In this document: positions 59,198-64,000 of the stretch, in pieces | Layout of the letters: every line of letters starts with the position of its first letter | Position numbering within the stretch: the first letter of the stretch is position 1 | Source: an uncultured delta proteobacterium | Lineage (GTDB): Bacteria; Myxococcota_A; Polyangia; Polyangiales; JAFGIB01 | Assembly (NCBI GenBank): GCA_963778655.1 | Contig: CAVZVA010000011.1 | Coordinates: 64,001-128,000, forward strand | Direction: 5' to 3' | Length of the DNA: 64,000 bases | The notes under the pieces: generated by a model | Seen by the model: only the letters and a program-made list of their open reading frames with translations | Told to the model about the DNA's origin: nothing | The model's database searches: none | Program-made: the position numbers and the translations under genes

Positions 59198-59362
59198 AGT
59201 GCATTTCATAAATCCGAAATGCTCGATTTCGGAGCGCGATGGGTCCGCCGGCAAGGCGCGCGACCGCTGGAATACTCGGTGTATTTCAAGGTCGCGCAAC
59301 GCAGCCGCCGGGCTCGTCCCGCCCGAAAGGGGGCGTTGAGCGGTTTATGAAATGCACTCTAG
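59194..59362. mobile_element. MITE-like element, family B (169 bp, 19-bp perfect TIR including CTAG)
   Basis: ctagagtgcatttcataaa...tttatgaaatgcactctag. Confidence 0.8.
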
Positions 59363-59628
59363 CCTCGACCCGCGAGGCGGCGGGCTGGCGTGCCATATAC
59401 GAGCCCGCGTGCGAGCACGTCACGCGGACCGGATGCGATCGAGCACGGTGACTTGACGCACTCGCTCTGAGCCCGGCCTTGGCCGCAGCGGTGCCACCTG
59501 CATTCACCTACATCGGCGCCATGATTTCTCTGCTTTCGTGCGCAACGCGTCTCCTTTAGGATCGGGCGGTTTGGAACGGCTCGCGCCCTGAAAGCGCGAG
59601 GCCCGAAACACTTGACGAGGGGATCCAC

Positions 59629-62600
59629 GTGCAACTACGGCGCTCGTTCGCTGCAATCGTCATCGCTGTCGCGGCCCTAACCGAAGGGGGCTGCTCCGGT
59701 GGAAACAAAGTCACCTGCGGTGACGGCACCGAGCTGTCAAACGGGCACTGCATCGTCTCGGATGGCGGAATGACCGGAGGAAACCCAGCCGACTCCGGCG
59801 GGTCCGCAGGCTCCGGGGGCAACCTCAAGTGCGGCAAGGGCACCGTGGCTGCCGGCGGCGAATGCGTCCCGGTCGACGCCGGCACGCCGGACGCGACTTC
59901 GGCCGTCGAGAAGATGCCGGTGGGCTCGGCCTGTACGAGCAATGATGAGTGTGGGACGGGGTTCTGCGCACCCGCGGCCGACAATCTCCCGGGAGGTTAC
60001 TGCACCGTCCTCAATTGCAGCATGGACAACCCGTGTCCGGTGGGCTCGACCTGTTATGCGGTCGACAGCAGTCTTTCGATCTGCATGGCGTACTGCGACC
60101 GCGAGGTCGAGTGCCGGACCAGCGACGACTATCATTGCCAGCCGCTGTACACCACGGCGGTCAACATCTGCGCTCCCTCGTGCACGTTGACCGGGATGTG
60201 CGATGCCGGTACTCGCTGCAACGCCGACACCGGTCTGTGCGAGCTCGCGGAGTGCGATCCGAGCGCGCCGGGAGACGCGTGCACCGACCAGGAAACCTGT
60301 TGGCCCGATAGCCGAGGGCTGTCCTCGAAGGGTGGTCTTTGCCTGCATCTGTGTGATCCGGCGCACCCGGACAAGGCCTGCCTGGTCGACAAGAACGAGG
60401 TGTGCCAACCGCTCGCCGAAGATCCCGCAAACAGCGGGTTCTGCGCGCCGCCGGTGTGCAGCAAGACCGAAGAGTGTCCCGCTGGCGCGGTCTGCACCAA
60501 CAGCGTGTGTCAGCCGCCCGCGCTCTGCGACTCGGACGGTAACTGCGCCGACGATGCCACGACCTGCGTGAGCGGCAAGTGCATGCCGAAGTGCCCGACC
60601 GACGGCACCAGCTGCGCCGACATCCACTCGGGTCTCGTGTGCGCCGACGTGCTCGCCGAGCCCGCGTGCTTGCCGCTCGGGTCGTTTCCCGGCAGCGATT
60701 GTCGCGTGTCTACCAACCCGTGCGATCCGCTCAGCACGAGCTTCGGGACCAAAGACATGGTTTGCCAGAGCGGCAAGTGCTTGGCCGACTGCGGCACGGA
60801 CGGTCAGCCGCTGTGTTCGGAGCTCTCGGACACGTTGGTCTGCGCCGCCGGCATCTTCGCCCAAACCCTGTGTCTGCCCAAGGGCAGCTTTCCCGGCGGA
60901 CCGTGCGGTGACAACGACAGCTGCGCCCAAGGGCTGAACGGCAACAGCGCCGTAAACATGAGCTGCGTCAGTGGCACGTGTGCGATCACGTGTTCCGAGA
61001 CCGACAAGTGGAGCGGCTACGGTGACGCGCTGTGCCAGATCGTGGATCCCTCGTTGACCTGCGCGACCTCGGCCGGCGCCATCTGCACGCGCGCGTGCAG
61101 CGACACCGGCGGGTGCAGCAGCGGCTTCTCGTGCCTGGACCCGGGCACCGTGCCCGCCCACGAGAACGCCTGCTTGCCGGATGGCAGCTTCCCTGGAAGC
61201 GCCTGTGCCACGGGCAATACCTGCGCCCAGGACCTCGGCGGCAACGCCGCGGTCGACATGCGCTGCGTCAACGACACCTGCGTGGTCGATTGCGCCACCG
61301 GTGGCGATGGCCTGTGTACCGGCGTCGACGCCTCGCTCACCTGCTCGGAGTCCGCCGACAACATCTGCGTGCTCGCCTGCGTCGCAGGCGCCTGCCCCAG
61401 CGGATACTCCTGCCTCGACCCAGGCGGCGAAAACGCGTGCTTGCCGGATGGCAGCTTCCCTGGAAGCCCCTGTGCGACGGGCAATACCTGCGCCCAGGAC
61501 CTCGGCGGCAACGCCGCGGTCGACATGCGCTGCGTCAACGACACCTGCGTGGTCGATTGCGCCACCGGTGGCGACAGCCTGTGTACCGGCGTCGACGCCT
61601 CGCTCACCTGCTCGGAGTCCGCCGACAACATCTGCGTGCTCGCCTGCGTCGCAGGCGCCTGCCCCAGCGGATACTCCTGCCTCGACCCAGGCGGCGAAAA
61701 CGCGTGCTTGCCGGATGGCAGCTTCCCTGGAAGCCCCTGTGCGACGGGCAATACCTGCGCCCAGGACCTCGGCGGCAACGCCGCGGTCGACATGCGCTGC
61801 GTCAACGACACCTGCGTGGTCGATTGCGCCACCGGTGGCGACAGCCTGTGTACCGGCGTCGACGCCTCGCTCACCTGCTCGGAGTCCGCCGACAACATCT
61901 GCGTGCTCGCCTGCGTCGCAGGCGCCTGCCCCAGCGGATACTCCTGCCTCGACCCAGGCGGCGAAAACGCGTGCTTGCCGGATGGCAGCTTCCCTGGAAG
62001 CGCCTGTGCCACGGGCAATACCTGCGCCCAGGACCTCGGCGGCAACGCCGCGGTCGACATGCGCTGCGTCAACGACACCTGCGTGGTCGATTGCGCCACC
62101 GGTGGCGACAGCCTGTGTACCGGCGTCGACGCCTCGCTCACCTGCTCGGAGTCCGCCGACAACATCTGCGTGCTCGCCTGCGTCGCAGGCGCCTGCCCCA
62201 GCGGATACTCCTGCCTCGACCCAGGCGGCGAAAACGCGTGCTTGCCGGATGGCAGCTTCCCTGGAAGCGCCTGTGCCACGGGCAATACCTGCGCCCAGGA
62301 CCTCGGCGGCAACGCCGCGGTCGACATGCGCTGCGTCAACGACACCTGCGTGGTCGATTGCGCCACCGGTGGCGACAGCCTGTGTACCGGCGTCGACGCC
62401 TCGCTCACCTGCTCGGAGTCCGCCGACAACATCTGCGTGCTCGCCTGCGTCGCAGGCGCCTGCCCCAGCGGATACTCCTGCCTCGACCCAGGCGGCGAAA
62501 ACGCGTGCTTGCCGGATGGCAGCTTCCCTGGAAGCGCCTGTGCCACGGGCGATACCTGCGCCCAGGACCTCGGCGGCAACGCCGCGGTCGACATGCGCTG

Positions 62601-63063
62601 CGTGAGAGGCACCTGCGCGGTTGAGTGCGGAACCGGCGGCGATTCACTGTGCACGGGCGTCAGCGCCGCGCTGACCTGTTCCGCGGCGGCCGGTGACGTG
62701 TGCGTGCCGGCATGTGACAGCGGTGGAAACTGCCCCACGGGCTTCTCGTGCCTGCTGCCAGGTACGGAGAACGAGTGCCTGCCGACCGGCTCCTTCCCGA
62801 GCAGCCCGTGCCGAGCAACGACCGGCGACGAATGCGATCACGGCGTCAACGGCGTCAGCGGCGCCGACATGGTGTGCAGCAACTCCATCTGCGTGTTGCC
62901 GTGCGCCAGCAACGACGATGCCCTGTGCGATTCGGTTGACAGCTCGCTGACCTGCTTCAGCGCCGCCGACGTGTGCCTGCTGAAGTGCGTCTCCGGCGCC
63001 TGCCCGACTGGATACAACTGCTACAACGGCACCGGCGAAAACGTCTGCGTACCCGCAACGTGA
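59629..63063 (+). CDS. Giant Cys-rich repeat lipoprotein (1144 aa)
   Basis: Signal peptide with GGC lipobox; PGGYC motif; nine CLPxGSFP modules. Confidence 0.88.
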   Translation: MQLRRSFAAIVIAVAALTEGGCSGGNKVTCGDGTELSNGHCIVSDGGMTGGNPADSGGSAGSGGNLKCGKGTVAAGGECVPVDAGTPDATSAVEKMPVGSACTSNDECGTGFCAPAADNLPGGYCTVLNCSMDNPCPVGSTCYAVDSSLSICMAYCDREVECRTSDDYHCQPLYTTAVNICAPSCTLTGMCDAGTRCNADTGLCELAECDPSAPGDACTDQETCWPDSRGLSSKGGLCLHLCDPAHPDKACLVDKNEVCQPLAEDPANSGFCAPPVCSKTEECPAGAVCTNSVCQPPALCDSDGNCADDATTCVSGKCMPKCPTDGTSCADIHSGLVCADVLAEPACLPLGSFPGSDCRVSTNPCDPLSTSFGTKDMVCQSGKCLADCGTDGQPLCSELSDTLVCAAGIFAQTLCLPKGSFPGGPCGDNDSCAQGLNGNSAVNMSCVSGTCAITCSETDKWSGYGDALCQIVDPSLTCATSAGAICTRACSDTGGCSSGFSCLDPGTVPAHENACLPDGSFPGSACATGNTCAQDLGGNAAVDMRCVNDTCVVDCATGGDGLCTGVDASLTCSESADNICVLACVAGACPSGYSCLDPGGENACLPDGSFPGSPCATGNTCAQDLGGNAAVDMRCVNDTCVVDCATGGDSLCTGVDASLTCSESADNICVLACVAGACPSGYSCLDPGGENACLPDGSFPGSPCATGNTCAQDLGGNAAVDMRCVNDTCVVDCATGGDSLCTGVDASLTCSESADNICVLACVAGACPSGYSCLDPGGENACLPDGSFPGSACATGNTCAQDLGGNAAVDMRCVNDTCVVDCATGGDSLCTGVDASLTCSESADNICVLACVAGACPSGYSCLDPGGENACLPDGSFPGSACATGNTCAQDLGGNAAVDMRCVNDTCVVDCATGGDSLCTGVDASLTCSESADNICVLACVAGACPSGYSCLDPGGENACLPDGSFPGSACATGDTCAQDLGGNAAVDMRCVRGTCAVECGTGGDSLCTGVSAALTCSAAAGDVCVPACDSGGNCPTGFSCLLPGTENECLPTGSFPSSPCRATTGDECDHGVNGVSGADMVCSNSICVLPCASNDDALCDSVDSSLTCFSAADVCLLKCVSGACPTGYNCYNGTGENVCVPAT
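61168..62603 (+). repeat. 267-bp intragenic tandem repeat, five full copies plus one partial
   Basis: ttgccggatggcagcttccc recurs at 61174, 61441, 61708, 61975, 62242 and 62509. Confidence 0.97.
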
Positions 63064-63077
63064 GCACAGAGCCGGAC

Positions 63078-63113
63078 GACCTCGTTGGGCCCCTGGGACG
63101 GCCCAACGAGGTC
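63078..63113. terminator. 14-bp perfect hairpin between convergent genes
   Basis: gacctcgttgggcc-N8-ggcccaacgaggtc; no U-tract. Confidence 0.55.
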
Positions 63114-63155
63114 CCAATGCCACGACCTCGATCGGCGCCTCGCCGCCTAGCGCCC

Positions 63156-63422
63156 TCAGCGCGGGCTACCGGCGAGCGCGCGCGCCCGGTTCGTGAACGC
63201 ATTGCGACGCTCTTCGACCTCTCGTTGCTCCTCTTGCGACTTGACGCGCTGCCGCATGGCCGCCAGATCCTGCTCGCACTTGGCGCGGACGGCAGCGGCC
63301 TTCTTGGGTCCAAGGGAAGCCGCGGCCTCGCGCGCCTCCGTATCGCAACTGGCGGTCGCGCATCCGCACAGGAGCCTTCCGACGACGGCAATCAGGGCGG
63401 CCATCCCCAGCGTACGTTTCAT
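63156..63422 (-). CDS. Small putative lipoprotein
   Basis: MKRTLG...LLCGC followed by a charged helix. Confidence 0.5.
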   Translation of the reverse strand: MKRTLGMAALIAVVGRLLCGCATASCDTEAREAAASLGPKKAAAVRAKCEQDLAAMRQRVKSQEEQREVEERRNAFTNRARALAGSPR

Positions 63423-63487
63423 CCCGCAGGCTTGCATCGCGACGCCAGTTACCCCACCCGCTAGAAGCGCTTGTACCAGATAATACG

Positions 63488-63670
63488 TCACCCGTCGCAC
63501 GCGCAGCCGGGCGGCTTGTGGCAAACCCGATCACGCGCGATACACGAATCACCGCAGGCCTTGCCCTTGTGGCAGACCTTGCAGCACACGCCTTCGCTCG
63601 ATGGCCGAGCCTGCGACGGCCGGGGTGCCACGAACGCGAACGCCATGAGCACCCAGAACGTCTTCAACAT
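63488..63670 (-). CDS. Small secreted Cys-rich protein
   Basis: Signal peptide then CCKVCHKGKACGDSCIARDRVCHKPPGCACDG; GGGGAG RBS. Confidence 0.7.
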   Translation of the reverse strand: MLKTFWVLMAFAFVAPRPSQARPSSEGVCCKVCHKGKACGDSCIARDRVCHKPPGCACDG

Positions 63671-64000
63671 GGCTCCCCCCTCGAACGCCAACGTAGCGGG
63701 TTGCGCCTGTGCGTCTCAACGCCTGCATGGGGCACATGCACGCACGTACCGGCGGGCCCTTGTGGGTGCCCGGCGAGACGCGGGCGAGTCGCCCTTCACC
63801 GCGCCCAGAGCGCGCTGAGCTCGAGCTCGATGGCGTGGAACGGCTCGGCGCGCACGCGCGCGTCATCTCGAAATGCGCCGAGCAGCATCCGACGGCCCTG
63901 CTCGAGCCCATAGACCGGGGCTAACCCCGCGGCGATCGGTCCTCGAGGCTGCTGACTGCGCTCGCCTCGATGAGGCGTTTCGCAGAGTGATCGCCGCTCG

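Noticed and set aside
61017..62738. Long alternative-frame and antisense ORFs over the tandem repeat
   Set aside because: Shadows of the in-frame 267-bp repeat in GC-rich DNA.
63488..63670. Cytochrome c call from CKVCH
   Set aside because: The motif is embedded in a Cys-dense mini-domain too small for a cytochrome fold.

Overview
GC-rich bacterial DNA that looks myxobacterial (Polyangia-like), inferred from the many Cys-rich, Gly-linker lipoproteins and kinase/ATPase fragments. 1-12 kb holds intact metabolic genes: xdhC-iorB-iorA, an acyl-CoA synthetase, a fatty-acid hydroxylase, ccdC and acyltransferase-gpsA-glgP. 12-27 kb encodes secreted or lipoprotein products, including GH62, GH45, a multiheme cytochrome c cluster and a diguanylate cyclase. 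27-52 kb is an accessory, decaying region. It contains an atypical tyrosine-recombinase-like gene, an SF1 helicase, CTAG-ended ~170-bp MITE-like elements, RAYT (HUH) transposase pseudogenes, an IS21 remnant inside an ATPase-nuclease gene and many gene fragments. An ~18-kb island appears to be integrated at tRNA-Arg(TCT): an integrase remnant lies next to the tRNA and a displaced 3' tRNA half lies at 33.7 kb. 52-64 kb has a candidate sRNA, an SDR, a DUF4388-like protein, a flippase, a BNR-MoaD deletion fusion and a giant Cys-rich lipoprotein with 267-bp tandem repeats. All calls come from reading the sequence by eye; no searches were run, and some junctions could be assembly artefacts.
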